Under the pieces are notes generated by a model that saw nothing but the letters and a program-made list of their open reading frames with translations, made no database searches and was not told where the DNA came from. From Candidatus Gastranaerophilales bacterium (GTDB lineage Bacteria; Cyanobacteriota; Vampirovibrionia; Gastranaerophilales; Gastranaerophilaceae): 64,000 bases of DNA. Positions 1 through 9,016 of the stretch are shown here, piece by piece (position 1 is the first letter of the stretch; every line of letters starts with the position of its first letter). Location of the stretch: the NCBI GenBank assembly GCA_944324485.1, contig CALUWM010000003.1, forward strand, positions 3,612 to 67,611, written 5' to 3'. A program made the position numbers and the translations under genes.

Positions 1-353
1 TAATTTGTACTCAAAAACCAACAACTGAAAGCTCTGCTTCTGATAGCAAGCCTGTTGTACTGGTTGAAAATTATATAAATGGTAATTCATGGTATAGAGT
101 ATATTCTGATGGTTGGTGTGAACAAGGCGGTATTATACTGAGTCCCACGCAGGCTGCTGTTGCAGTTGTATTTATAAAACAATTTCCTGATGTAAATTAT
201 TTTGTCTCTGTAAATATTTCCGGATTGCATTCAGAGTCTTGTTATAGTCCTAATGTAACAGTAAGGGCGCTTGATTCTTGTGTTGTTGTTGGTAGATTTG
301 CTGCGGGACAAGCTAGAAATCTTGAATGGAGAGCATTTGGATATATAAGATAA
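1..353 (+). CDS. phage tail fibre protein, C-terminal fragment (5' end outside window)
   Basis: Frame 3 is open from the window edge to TAA 351-353. My own translation reads ...VENYINGNSWYRVYSDGWCEQGGIILSP...FGYIR. The SWYRxYSDGWxEQGG motif is one I recall from C-terminal domains of phage tail fibres. Phage-type genes follow. Confidence 0.5.
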   Translation, partial: ICTQKPTTESSASDSKPVVLVENYINGNSWYRVYSDGWCEQGGIILSPTQAAVAVVFIKQFPDVNYFVSVNISGLHSESCYSPNVTVRALDSCVVVGRFAAGQARNLEWRAFGYIR

Positions 354-362
354 GGAGTAAAG

Positions 363-857
363 ATGAGCTATAAACTAGATAAGCCATATAGTGATATTGA
401 AAGAGCAGATTTTATTGTTCAGTATAATCATAATATGCTATTAAAAATTTATGAAACTCAAACTGCACTGTATGCACTTGAACCACATGAAAAACTAGTT
501 GATGATGTAGTTGTTGATAATTCGATTGAGTATAATAAAGAGCAGGAACGAATTGAAAAAGAGCGTATTGCAATGTTAAATTTAACCGGTGCTGATGTCG
601 AAAGAGCGATATATAAAGCAAAAGGAATGGATTTTAATGATATTATTGCTTTTTTAGAAGCCCAACCTTTATCGCAAGACGGTACGCCTGTTGTTGATAT
701 AAAAGCGCTAAAAATTGAGTTAAAGGCTAATAATTTTTATCGTGGAAATCCGTATATAAATCTGGTAGGTTCGTTGCTTGGATTTAGCGAAAATCAACTT
801 GATGAGTTTTTTGAAACAAATGATTACACTAAGTTGTTGACGGAAGCAAAAGAATGA
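363..857 (+). CDS. hypothetical phage protein (in the position of a tail-fibre chaperone/assembly gene)
   Basis: 164-aa ORF with GGAG 7 nt upstream of the ATG. Its stop overlaps the next start (ATGA, 854-857). No motif recognised; the call rests on context only. Confidence 0.45.
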   Translation: MSYKLDKPYSDIERADFIVQYNHNMLLKIYETQTALYALEPHEKLVDDVVVDNSIEYNKEQERIEKERIAMLNLTGADVERAIYKAKGMDFNDIIAFLEAQPLSQDGTPVVDIKALKIELKANNFYRGNPYINLVGSLLGFSENQLDEFFETNDYTKLLTEAKE

Positions 858-1312
858 TAACATGGTACACTGATTCTGAGCTTGAAATATATTTTGATAT
901 TATACCACTTGTTATGGTGCGTTATGTAAAACCTGATGATGATGTTAATTTAAAATCGGAAATATTAAAAAAACCTTTTATTTCTAAAAAAGAATTAAAT
1001 GTATTATTAGTTGATAATATTGATACTAAAAGATATGAATTTTCTGTTATGAAAAATTACTGTTGGGATGGGGCTACAATTCCAAGATTTTTTTGGCGTT
1101 TAATTGGTTCAAAAACTGATTCTCGTTTTTTGATTCCCAGTTTAATCCATGATATTTTATGCGAAAACCATAATTATGTAGATAACGATAGATATTTTTC
1201 AACAAGAGTTTTTGAACGGTTATTGTATGTTTCTGGTGTTAATCCCTTTAATCGTTGGTTGATGTTTCATTCTGTTGATAATTTTCAAAAATTTTGTTCT
1301 TGGAGAAAATAA
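854..1312 (+). CDS. DUF1353-family protein (phage-associated)
   Basis: YCWDGATIPRFFWRLIG and PSLIHDILC match the WDGxSIP...HD pattern of DUF1353. Translationally coupled on both sides. Confidence 0.6.
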   Translation: MITWYTDSELEIYFDIIPLVMVRYVKPDDDVNLKSEILKKPFISKKELNVLLVDNIDTKRYEFSVMKNYCWDGATIPRFFWRLIGSKTDSRFLIPSLIHDILCENHNYVDNDRYFSTRVFERLLYVSGVNPFNRWLMFHSVDNFQKFCSWRK

Positions 1313-1569
1313 TGGAGCATTTGTTTGAATATGCCCCCTTTGCTTTGTTTGTCATTAATTTATTGTTGTGCTTGAGAATTTTTGCAAGAGTTGAAGACTT
1401 GAATAATTTAAAAGCTGAGCTTATGACTTATGGAATGGAACATTTTATAACCAAAGATTTATATTCAGATAACCATAAAGCTCTTCAAGATCAAATGTTA
1501 CAGATTCATTCTGACATATCAGATGTTAAAAATCTTTTAATTAGTTCCATAAATTATAATAGAGGATAA
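1312..1569 (+). CDS. small membrane protein with one N-terminal TM helix and a coiled-coil tail (holin or i-spanin-like)
   Basis: ATG 1312 overlaps the upstream TAA (TAATG). MEHLFEYAPFALFVINLLLCLRIFA is followed by a charged helical tail. It sits directly upstream of the endolysin. Confidence 0.4.
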   Translation: MEHLFEYAPFALFVINLLLCLRIFARVEDLNNLKAELMTYGMEHFITKDLYSDNHKALQDQMLQIHSDISDVKNLLISSINYNRG

Positions 1570-1576
1570 AAATTAT

Positions 1577-1972
1577 ATGATAAATTTTAGTTTTAGTGAG
1601 TTTTTAAACTCTGATACAGCTAAGAAAAATAATATTAATAATTTCCCTGATATATCTTCTTTTGATAATTTGTTGCATTTGATTGTTTTTTGTCTTCAAC
1701 CAATTAGAAATTTAATAAATAAACCTATTATAATTACATCCGGTTATAGATGTGCAAATTTAAATAAAATCCTTGGCGGGGCAGTTAATTCCCAGCACTT
1801 AAATGGTCAAGCAGCCGATTTTATTGTAAAAAATATGACACCTGAGAAAATAATAAATATAATATTAAAAAGCGATATAAAATTTGACCAATTAATAAAT
1901 GAACACGATAAATGGGTTCATATTTCTTATAATAAAGAGAAAAATAGGCATCAAGTTTTTAAAATTAAATAA
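1577..1972 (+). CDS. peptidase M15 (zinc D-Ala-D-Ala carboxypeptidase-like) endolysin
   Basis: ITSGYRCANLNKILGGAVNSQHLNGQAADF and the later WVHISY fit the M15A/Peptidase_M15_3 H..D...H zinc site. It is the last gene before a terminator. Confidence 0.8.
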   Translation: MINFSFSEFLNSDTAKKNNINNFPDISSFDNLLHLIVFCLQPIRNLINKPIIITSGYRCANLNKILGGAVNSQHLNGQAADFIVKNMTPEKIINIILKSDIKFDQLINEHDKWVHISYNKEKNRHQVFKIK

Positions 1973-1980
1973 TATAATAA

Positions 1981-2006
1981 AGTACAGCTTTAGCTGTACT
2001 TTTTTT
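1981..2006 (+). terminator. rho-independent terminator of the phage late/lysis unit
   Basis: AGTACAGC-TTTA-GCTGTACT (8-bp stem) followed by TTTTTT. Confidence 0.75.
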
Positions 2007-2015
2007 ATGCAAAAA

Positions 2016-2040
2016 AAATGTTTGACAATGTCAAACATTT
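2016..2040. repeat. perfect 25-bp palindrome (12-bp arms, 1-nt centre)
   Basis: AAATGTTTGACA-A-TGTCAAACATTT. It contains TTGACA on both strands and has an A-run upstream. Confidence 0.9.
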
Positions 2041-2264
2041 ATAAACACGAGGATATCAAGAGAGAGAGTAAAAATATCTTTTTTATAATCCCCAGCTAAT
2101 TATATTTTCCATACAAAATTAAAACTTTCTTTCATATTTAAATAAAGTTTTTCTTTTTTAAATTATTGCTTTTTAAAACATATATATTTAACATATCTTA
2201 ATAATTAATTGTTAAAAACTTTTAAAAATCTGCATTAATCTTTAAATTAGGCTATTATAGACTC

Positions 2265-3869
2265 ATGAATTTTAAATTAAAATTTAATAGAAATAGTATA
2301 TTAACTGCTATTTTCTATATAGCGATATTTTTATTAATAGTTGCGTATTCATTTAAAAATAATGCAGTTGATTACGACCTTTGGGCTAGACTTATTATGG
2401 GAAATTATGTTTTTCATAAAGGTTTTCCAATGTATTCTGATGTTGTTTCATACACACCTACTCACGTATGGTATGATCCTGAGTGGCTTTCAAGTGCTTT
2501 TATATATTTTATACGTGTCAAATTTGGAATAATCGGACTTACTTTTCTTAAGGCAATATTGTTTTATTTATGTATGTTTTTTACTTCACTTGCAATCAAA
2601 GATAAAGTTCGCAACAAGGTTTTTGCTTACAATATTGGTTTTTATTTAATTTTATTGTTTATTTCTTTTCAAGCCTCTTTAATTAATTTCAGTGTACGTT
2701 GTCAGCTTGTTACATTTGTATTTATGGCAATATGGATTTATTTGCTAGAAAAAATTAGAAATAATCAAAATAAATTACTTGTTTTGCTCCCTTTTATAAT
2801 GCTTATTTGGCTTAATTCTCATGGGGGGTGTATAGCGGGTGTTGGAATATTGCTTTTGTACGGAATAGGAGAATTTTTAAATAAAAAACCTTTTAAAAAG
2901 TATTTTATTACTTTGTTTTTTGTTTGTTTGGTTTTTTTGATAAATCCTTGGGGAATTGATTATATTAAATTTATTGTAGATAGTTCTTATTTGGATAGGA
3001 GTTGGATTTCAGAGTGGCAATCACCTTTTTCTCGTTCTTTGATGTTTAATTTCTTTTATTTTGTTATGCTTGTGAGCATTATTTTTTGTTATGGTTATAA
3101 GTTATACTTTAAAAAAATCAATTATCAGAATTTAGATAAGACAAAATTGATTGTTTTATTTGTTGTCGCAATTTTATCTTCAAAATATATTAAACATAGC
3201 GGTCTATTTATAGTTATATATGCTATTTTTATGTATGAAGATTTTTATTTTGTTTATAACGATTTAATGGAGAAATTAAGAAAATACTTGCAAATTGACA
3301 TTATTGCCGCCAGATACTTAAGTTATTTAAAAGAAATAATTATTTATTTTATAATTTTTGCTTATTCTTTATTTGTTTTTGTTACGGTTCCTTTTAATTC
3401 GTCTCATTATGCTTCAATTTTAATTTATTATCCTGTTCAACCTTTACGTTTTTTAGAAATGAATAGAATAAAAGGTAGGTTGTTTAGTGGTTTTTATTAT
3501 GGCTCTTTTATTTCTTATAAGTATTATCCTGATATTAAGATATATATGGATGGAAGACAAGAGCAAGTGTATTCTTCTCAATTATTTGATGAAGCTATGT
3601 TTTTCCTGGCTAACTTGGGAGATACTCCAACAAAAGCGATAACTAGATATAAGCCTGATATAATATTGGTTGAAAATTCTTGGCGTTGCAATAAAACTTT
3701 GGTAAAAAATTCTGATTTTAAGAATGTTTATCAAGATGATAAATATAGCGTTTATTTAAGAAAAAATGTTCAAAAGTTTAGTTATAGCTATCCTGATTTA
3801 AACTTCGATAATTATTTCAATAAATTATTTGATACAGTTTTTGATTATTCAAAGGTTAAAAACAAATGA
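2265..3869 (+). CDS. polytopic membrane protein, probable GT-C-type glycosyltransferase (PMT/ArnT-like)
   Basis: 534 aa with more than 10 hydrophobic segments and an early-loop acidic motif (AVDYDLWARL). Soluble C-terminal domain. Stop overlaps the start of the polyprenyl-P-sugar synthase gene (ATGA). Confidence 0.5.
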   Translation: MNFKLKFNRNSILTAIFYIAIFLLIVAYSFKNNAVDYDLWARLIMGNYVFHKGFPMYSDVVSYTPTHVWYDPEWLSSAFIYFIRVKFGIIGLTFLKAILFYLCMFFTSLAIKDKVRNKVFAYNIGFYLILLFISFQASLINFSVRCQLVTFVFMAIWIYLLEKIRNNQNKLLVLLPFIMLIWLNSHGGCIAGVGILLLYGIGEFLNKKPFKKYFITLFFVCLVFLINPWGIDYIKFIVDSSYLDRSWISEWQSPFSRSLMFNFFYFVMLVSIIFCYGYKLYFKKINYQNLDKTKLIVLFVVAILSSKYIKHSGLFIVIYAIFMYEDFYFVYNDLMEKLRKYLQIDIIAARYLSYLKEIIIYFIIFAYSLFVFVTVPFNSSHYASILIYYPVQPLRFLEMNRIKGRLFSGFYYGSFISYKYYPDIKIYMDGRQEQVYSSQLFDEAMFFLANLGDTPTKAITRYKPDIILVENSWRCNKTLVKNSDFKNVYQDDKYSVYLRKNVQKFSYSYPDLNFDNYFNKLFDTVFDYSKVKNK

Positions 3870-4570
3870 AATATCTTATAGTTATTCCCACATATAATGA
3901 AGTTGAAAATATAAAATTTCTAATTGAAGAAATAAATAGAATTTTGATTGGTTTTGATTTTTCTGTGTTAATAGTTGATGATAATTCCACAGATGGTACT
4001 ATTGATGCAATAGTTGAATTAGAGAAGAAATTTAATAATTTGTATTTGTATAAAAGAAAAGCAAAGTCAGGACTTGCAAGCGCTTATATAGAAGGCTTTA
4101 GTTATGGTATAGGTCTTGGTTTTGATTGTTTTATTCAAATGGATGCAGATTTTTCTCACAATCCTAAATATTTATTTGATATGTGTGAAAAATTAAAAGA
4201 TTTTGATGTTGTTATTGGTTCAAGAAATATTTTAAATGGCGATGTTAAAGGGTGGAGCTTTATTAGAAACTTCATTTCAAAGGCCGGCTCTTTTTATTCT
4301 AGAATTGTTTTAAATTGTCCTATTTATGATTTAACAGGCGGTTTTAACGGTTGGAGAAAGGATGTTTTAAGTAAAATTAATTTAAGTAAAATTATTTCTA
4401 AAGGCTATTGTTTTCAGGTTGAAATGAAATACAGGGCATATAAAAATAATGCAAAAATTACCGAATTTCCTATTGTTTTTGAAGATAGAAAATTCGGTAA
4501 ATCAAAAATGTCTTTTGCTATTTTTATAGAAGCATTTTTAAATATAATTAAATTGAAATTTTTAATTTAG
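3866..4570 (+). CDS. GT2 polyprenol/dolichol-phosphate mannosyltransferase (Ppm1/Dpm1-like)
   Basis: VIPTYNEVENI, LIVDDNSTDGT, QMDADFSHNP, GSRN..GG and FGKSKMS are typical of the family. No C-terminal TM helices. Confidence 0.85.
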   Translation: MKYLIVIPTYNEVENIKFLIEEINRILIGFDFSVLIVDDNSTDGTIDAIVELEKKFNNLYLYKRKAKSGLASAYIEGFSYGIGLGFDCFIQMDADFSHNPKYLFDMCEKLKDFDVVIGSRNILNGDVKGWSFIRNFISKAGSFYSRIVLNCPIYDLTGGFNGWRKDVLSKINLSKIISKGYCFQVEMKYRAYKNNAKITEFPIVFEDRKFGKSKMSFAIFIEAFLNIIKLKFLI

Positions 4571-7168
4571 TTTTTTAATTGTTTCTTCTATGATTTTAAT
4601 CTCACTCTCAAGTTCTTCTTTTCTTGATTTAGTTTTTTCAACAACATCTTCTGGAGCGGATGATGTAAATTTTTGATTATTTAATCTTCCAAGAATGGAT
4701 TTTAATTCTATGTTAAGTTTTTCAATTTTTTTATTTTGTCTTTTTATTTCTTGATCAATATCAATCAAATCCTCAAGCGGAATTGTGATTTTAGTGTCTT
4801 CTACTACACAATATGCGCTTTTTGGATGAGTGTTATTTTTTTCAAATTTTGTAGAGTTCACTTTTGCCATTCTGTTTAGATATGGAATTATTTGGCTATA
4901 TAATTCTTCATTGTTGTCTATTATAATGTCGATTTTTGATGCTAATGGAATATTGAACTCTGCTCTTATATTTCTAAGTGCTTTTATTGTTTCAAAAACT
5001 GTTTCCATCTTTTTTGCATCATTTTTGAATTCAAGTTTTTCGCTAAATTGTGGATATTGTGCGTTCAAAATGCCCAAAGTTTCTTTATTTGTTGGCATTT
5101 TTTGCCAAATAGCCTCAGTTATATGTGGCATTATAGGATGTAATAATCTTAAAAATTTATCTAAAACATAAACTAATACGGCTTCGTTTTTTTCAATTTT
5201 TGAAAGTTCTATATACCAGTCGCAATATTTGTTCCAGAAAAATTCATATAAAATTGATGCTATTTCGCCAATTCTGTAATTTTTTAAATTTTCATTAATT
5301 TCTTTTGCTGTTTCATTTAACTCATTTAAAATCCACTTATCTGCTATTGAAAGGTTGTTAAGGTCGAGTTTTAATTCTTCTTTTGATTTTGTTATGTTCA
5401 TCAGTGTGAATCTGGAAGCGTTCCAAATTTTATTTGCAAAATTTCTTCCGAATTCAAATTTTTCATCACTGATTTTTATATCTTGCCCGCCGTAAGTGCA
5501 TAAAGACGTTAAAGTAAATCTTAGCGCATCGCAACCGTATTTTTCAATTAAGTCAACAGGATCTATCGTGTTTCCTTTTGATTTAGACATTTTTTGACCA
5601 TGTTCATCTCTTATGAGTCCATGAATATATACTGTTGAAAAAGGCGGTTTTTTTGTAAATTCCAACCCCATAGTAATCATTCTTGCAACCCAGAAGAAAA
5701 TAATATCAAAACCTGTTACAAGAGTTGTTGTTGGATAGAATTTTTTGTAGTCATCTGAATTTGTATCTGGCCAACCCATTGTTTCAAATGGCCATAGTCC
5801 TGAAGAAAACCAAGTATCAAGAACATCTGTATCTTGAGTGTAGTTATTTGGATCAGGATTTTCAGTTGCTACAACCATTTCACCAGTTTTATTATGGTAA
5901 TATGCAGGAATTTGATGACCCCACCATAGTTGTCTTGAAATACACCAATCACGTATATTTTCCATCCACATTAAGTAATTCTTTTCCCATCTTTCAGGAA
6001 TAAATTTAATTTCTCCTGTTTTTACTGCTTCTATTGCAGGTTTTGCAAGAGGTTCCATTTTAACAAACCATTGTTTTGATAAAAGAGGTTCAATTGTTGT
6101 GTTACATCTTTGGCATTTTCCAACATTATGAATATGTTTTGTAACCCTAACCAATACTTGATTTTCTTCAAGCATTTTAACAGTTTTATCTCTTGCTTCT
6201 TCTCTTGTTAAACCCTGAATTTGTGGGGGGACATATTCGTTTCTTATCATAAGACCTTTTTCGTCTATGACTTTTATTTGAGGCAAATTATGTCGAAGTC
6301 CGACTTCAAAATCATTTGGATCATGTGCAGGTGTGATTTTAAGCGCACCTGTTCCGAATGATTTGTCAACATAATCATCTGCAATTATTGGTATTTCTCT
6401 ACCGGTTAACGGCATTACACAAGTTTTTCCGATTAAATCTTTATATTTGAAATCATTTGGATTTACTGCAATTGCTACATCTCCAAACATTGTTTCAGGG
6501 CGGGTTGTAGCTATTACTATTGCTCCCATTTCGTCTTTAAGTGCATATGATATTTCCCATAAGTGTCCGTCTTCTGTTTCATAGTTTGTTTCAATATCTG
6601 AAATTGCACTTTGACATCTTGGACACCAGTTGACTATATAGCTACCTTTGTATATTAATCCTTTGTTGAATAAATCAACAAAAACTTTTTTAACTGCGTT
6701 TGAGCAACCTTCATCAAGTGTAAATCTCTTTCTTGAAAGATCGAAGCTCGCACCTAGAAGCTTAAATTGCTCTAATATTCTATTTTTGTGTTCATCTGCC
6801 CATTGCCAAGTTTTTGCAAGGAACTTTTCTCTGCCTAGATCGTGTCTGGTCAATCCTTCTTTTGCAAGGTTTTTTTCAATAACATTTTGAGTTGCAATAC
6901 CAGCATGATCGCACCCTGGCATCCAAAGAACTTCTTTTCCAATCATTCTGTTGTATCTTATAAGAATATCTTGTAAAGTTCCATCCAGTGCATGTCCCAT
7001 ATGTAAAACGCCTGTAACATTTGGGGGTGGAATAACGATAGAATACGCTTCTTTATTTGATTTTGCATCAGCTTTGAAAAGATTGTTATCTTCCCAGAAT
7101 TTATATGTATCTTTTTCTATTTCTCTTGCATTGTATGTTGTAGATAGTTCATTGGTGCAGTTTGTCAT
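4562..7168 (-). CDS. valS: valine--tRNA ligase
   Basis: 868 aa with PPPNVTGVLHMGHAL (HIGH), KMSKSKGN (KMSKS) and a C-terminal coiled coil. Confidence 0.97.
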   Translation of the reverse strand: MTNCTNELSTTYNAREIEKDTYKFWEDNNLFKADAKSNKEAYSIVIPPPNVTGVLHMGHALDGTLQDILIRYNRMIGKEVLWMPGCDHAGIATQNVIEKNLAKEGLTRHDLGREKFLAKTWQWADEHKNRILEQFKLLGASFDLSRKRFTLDEGCSNAVKKVFVDLFNKGLIYKGSYIVNWCPRCQSAISDIETNYETEDGHLWEISYALKDEMGAIVIATTRPETMFGDVAIAVNPNDFKYKDLIGKTCVMPLTGREIPIIADDYVDKSFGTGALKITPAHDPNDFEVGLRHNLPQIKVIDEKGLMIRNEYVPPQIQGLTREEARDKTVKMLEENQVLVRVTKHIHNVGKCQRCNTTIEPLLSKQWFVKMEPLAKPAIEAVKTGEIKFIPERWEKNYLMWMENIRDWCISRQLWWGHQIPAYYHNKTGEMVVATENPDPNNYTQDTDVLDTWFSSGLWPFETMGWPDTNSDDYKKFYPTTTLVTGFDIIFFWVARMITMGLEFTKKPPFSTVYIHGLIRDEHGQKMSKSKGNTIDPVDLIEKYGCDALRFTLTSLCTYGGQDIKISDEKFEFGRNFANKIWNASRFTLMNITKSKEELKLDLNNLSIADKWILNELNETAKEINENLKNYRIGEIASILYEFFWNKYCDWYIELSKIEKNEAVLVYVLDKFLRLLHPIMPHITEAIWQKMPTNKETLGILNAQYPQFSEKLEFKNDAKKMETVFETIKALRNIRAEFNIPLASKIDIIIDNNEELYSQIIPYLNRMAKVNSTKFEKNNTHPKSAYCVVEDTKITIPLEDLIDIDQEIKRQNKKIEKLNIELKSILGRLNNQKFTSSAPEDVVEKTKSRKEELESEIKIIEETIKKLN

Positions 7169-7264
7169 TTTTTATCCCTTATATCCCTATATTTAAAATT
7201 TATCACAAAAGTATTAGCCAATAAAGATATTATTATTAGTTTTATCATTTTATAAAATATATCA

Positions 7265-8713
7265 ATGCGAATATTATGTTTATTGCTGATTTTTTTAATT
7301 CTAAATTTAAACTTTGCTTTATGTAGTGAGCAACTTTTTGAAGGTCCAATTGATTTGCCTTTTAAAAAAGAATGCAATTTAAATGAATTTTGTGAAAAAT
7401 TTATAGATGACATTGATATTGAAAAATTTATACGTCAAGAATTGAAAAATGATTATGTTGTAGTTAGTCTCGATGAGTGTATTAAAATTGCTCTAAGGAA
7501 TAATTTTAATATTGCTATTAAAGAGCACACCTTTTTAAGTTCGAAGTATGAATATGAAAATTCTCTTTCAAAATTTCTTCCTATGCTTTCAACTACATCT
7601 TATATTGCTGATTATAGCGGTCAAATTCTTGTTGGTGGTGTTTTAAATGATAAGTTTCATGAGACAGCTATTTCAGTTAATATTACTGCTGAACATAAGT
7701 TAACAGAAGGCGGAAAACAAATTTTTCAAGCAAGGGCATCAAAATTTCTTGAAAGAGCAAGAAAACACGAGCTTAATTTTACGAGAAGCGAAACAATATA
7801 TTTAACATCACGATATTACTATGAAATGTTGTTGGCAAAATTAAATATTGAGATATATTTAAGAAATTTGATAGAAAGAAATGCTCAGTTAACCTTAGCA
7901 AAAAAATTAGAAAAATCCGGTTTTGGTACAAAGTTTGATGTGATTCGTTCTGAAAGTGAGTCTGCACAAGCAAAAGCTAATTTATTAGATGCTTTAAATA
8001 AGCTTAAATTATCTCAATCTCGCCTTGCAAATATTATGGGAATTGAATTAAATACTGCATTAATGCCTTTTGAAGATGATGTTAAACCTTTGCATTTGGT
8101 TAGCGATGATTTAAAAATTAATGATTTATTTACATTGGCTGTTGAAAACAGAGAAGATTTAAAAAGTTATCAAGACTTAATTTCTTATGAAAAGCAAATT
8201 AAAAATGTGTATATGACAGATTTTGTACCAAAACCGCTATTGAATTTTCAACAGCAATTTCAAGGTACTCTTAGTACTGCAATTCGCCCTAACTATATTG
8301 TGGCCGGTTTTGTTACTTGGCAGCCAGGTGAAAATTGCGTTTGGGGAACTGTTACTAAGTTAAAAGCACAGAAAGAAAAAATTAAAGTAAGAACTTTAGA
8401 ATTTCAAAATAAGTTAAGAAATATTGAACAACTTTTGGTTGACGCGCTTTCAGTTTCGGATTTCGGAAAAAAACAAATGATAGTTACAAAACAAAGAGTA
8501 GAATATTCAAACAATAGTATAAAACTAGCCATGCTTAGATTTAATAACGGAAAAGGAATTTTACTTGATATTATACAAGCCCAGAGTGAAACTACTCTAG
8601 CTAGGGTTGAATATGTTTCTGCTATTACTAAGTACAATATTGCTCAGCTTGAAATACTTTATAATTGCGGTACGATATCAGATGATATTGTAATTAATAA
8701 CTATAAACCATAG
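7265..8713 (+). CDS. TolC-family outer membrane efflux protein
   Basis: Signal peptide, then LDECIKIALRNNFNIAIKE and a two-repeat OEP-like helical architecture. Confidence 0.7.
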   Translation: MRILCLLLIFLILNLNFALCSEQLFEGPIDLPFKKECNLNEFCEKFIDDIDIEKFIRQELKNDYVVVSLDECIKIALRNNFNIAIKEHTFLSSKYEYENSLSKFLPMLSTTSYIADYSGQILVGGVLNDKFHETAISVNITAEHKLTEGGKQIFQARASKFLERARKHELNFTRSETIYLTSRYYYEMLLAKLNIEIYLRNLIERNAQLTLAKKLEKSGFGTKFDVIRSESESAQAKANLLDALNKLKLSQSRLANIMGIELNTALMPFEDDVKPLHLVSDDLKINDLFTLAVENREDLKSYQDLISYEKQIKNVYMTDFVPKPLLNFQQQFQGTLSTAIRPNYIVAGFVTWQPGENCVWGTVTKLKAQKEKIKVRTLEFQNKLRNIEQLLVDALSVSDFGKKQMIVTKQRVEYSNNSIKLAMLRFNNGKGILLDIIQAQSETTLARVEYVSAITKYNIAQLEILYNCGTISDDIVINNYKP

Positions 8714-8786
8714 TCGAATTTACGTATTGTAAAATTTTATGTTTTTCTATATACTTTAAAAGGTAATTTGTTTAAGGAGATTGAAA

Positions 8787-8966
8787 ATGAAAGTTACAAT
8801 CGAAGATGGTTGCATAGCATGCGGTGCTTGCGAATCTTTTTGCCCTGATGTATTCAAGGTTGAAGATGTTTGCGTTGCAGATAATTCTAAAGTTGCAGGG
8901 AATGAAGATTGCGTAAAAGACGCAGCTGATGCATGCCCGGTTAGCGTTATAAATGTAGCTGAATAA
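8787..8966 (+). CDS. 4Fe-4S ferredoxin (small, single cluster)
   Basis: CIACGACESFCP...ACP motif. AAGGAG lies 7 nt upstream of ATG 8787; the ORF-track start at 8781 is a TTG. Confidence 0.85.
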   Translation: MKVTIEDGCIACGACESFCPDVFKVEDVCVADNSKVAGNEDCVKDAADACPVSVINVAE

Positions 8967-8983
8967 TTTTTTATAGTTTGAAT

Positions 8984-9012
8984 AAAAAGCACCTTATTAA
9001 AAGGTGCTTTTT
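8984..9012. terminator. bidirectional rho-independent terminator
   Basis: AAAAA-GCACCTT-ATTAA-AAGGTGC-TTTTT between convergent genes. Confidence 0.8.
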
Positions 9013-9016
9013 ATAT

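Noticed and set aside
1899-2099. 66-aa ORF spanning the endolysin 3' end, the terminator and the palindrome.
   Set aside because: It runs through a strong terminator hairpin and has no start context. It is most likely spurious.
4830-5171. 113-aa ORF antisense to valS. Similar long antisense or out-of-frame ORFs occur at 9603-9968, 34078-34428, 27310-27645, 12231-12542 and 25813-26058.
   Set aside because: They lie wholly inside strongly supported genes and have low-complexity, Phe/Leu/Ile/Ser-rich translations with no start context. These are typical shadow ORFs.
7196-7209. 14-nt motif AAATTTATCACAAA shared with 23737-23750, both in promoter-like gaps.
   Set aside because: At this base composition, my rough estimate is tens of identical 14-mers by chance in 64 kb. 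It also does not align with -35/-10 positions.
7169-7264. T-box or riboswitch leaders upstream of valS. The gaps for gltX (30783-30852), leuS (33175-33183), thiE (49734-49777) and nadB (26731-26849) were checked as well.
   Set aside because: The gaps are far too short (9-119 bp). They lack a specifier/T-box or TPP core sequence.
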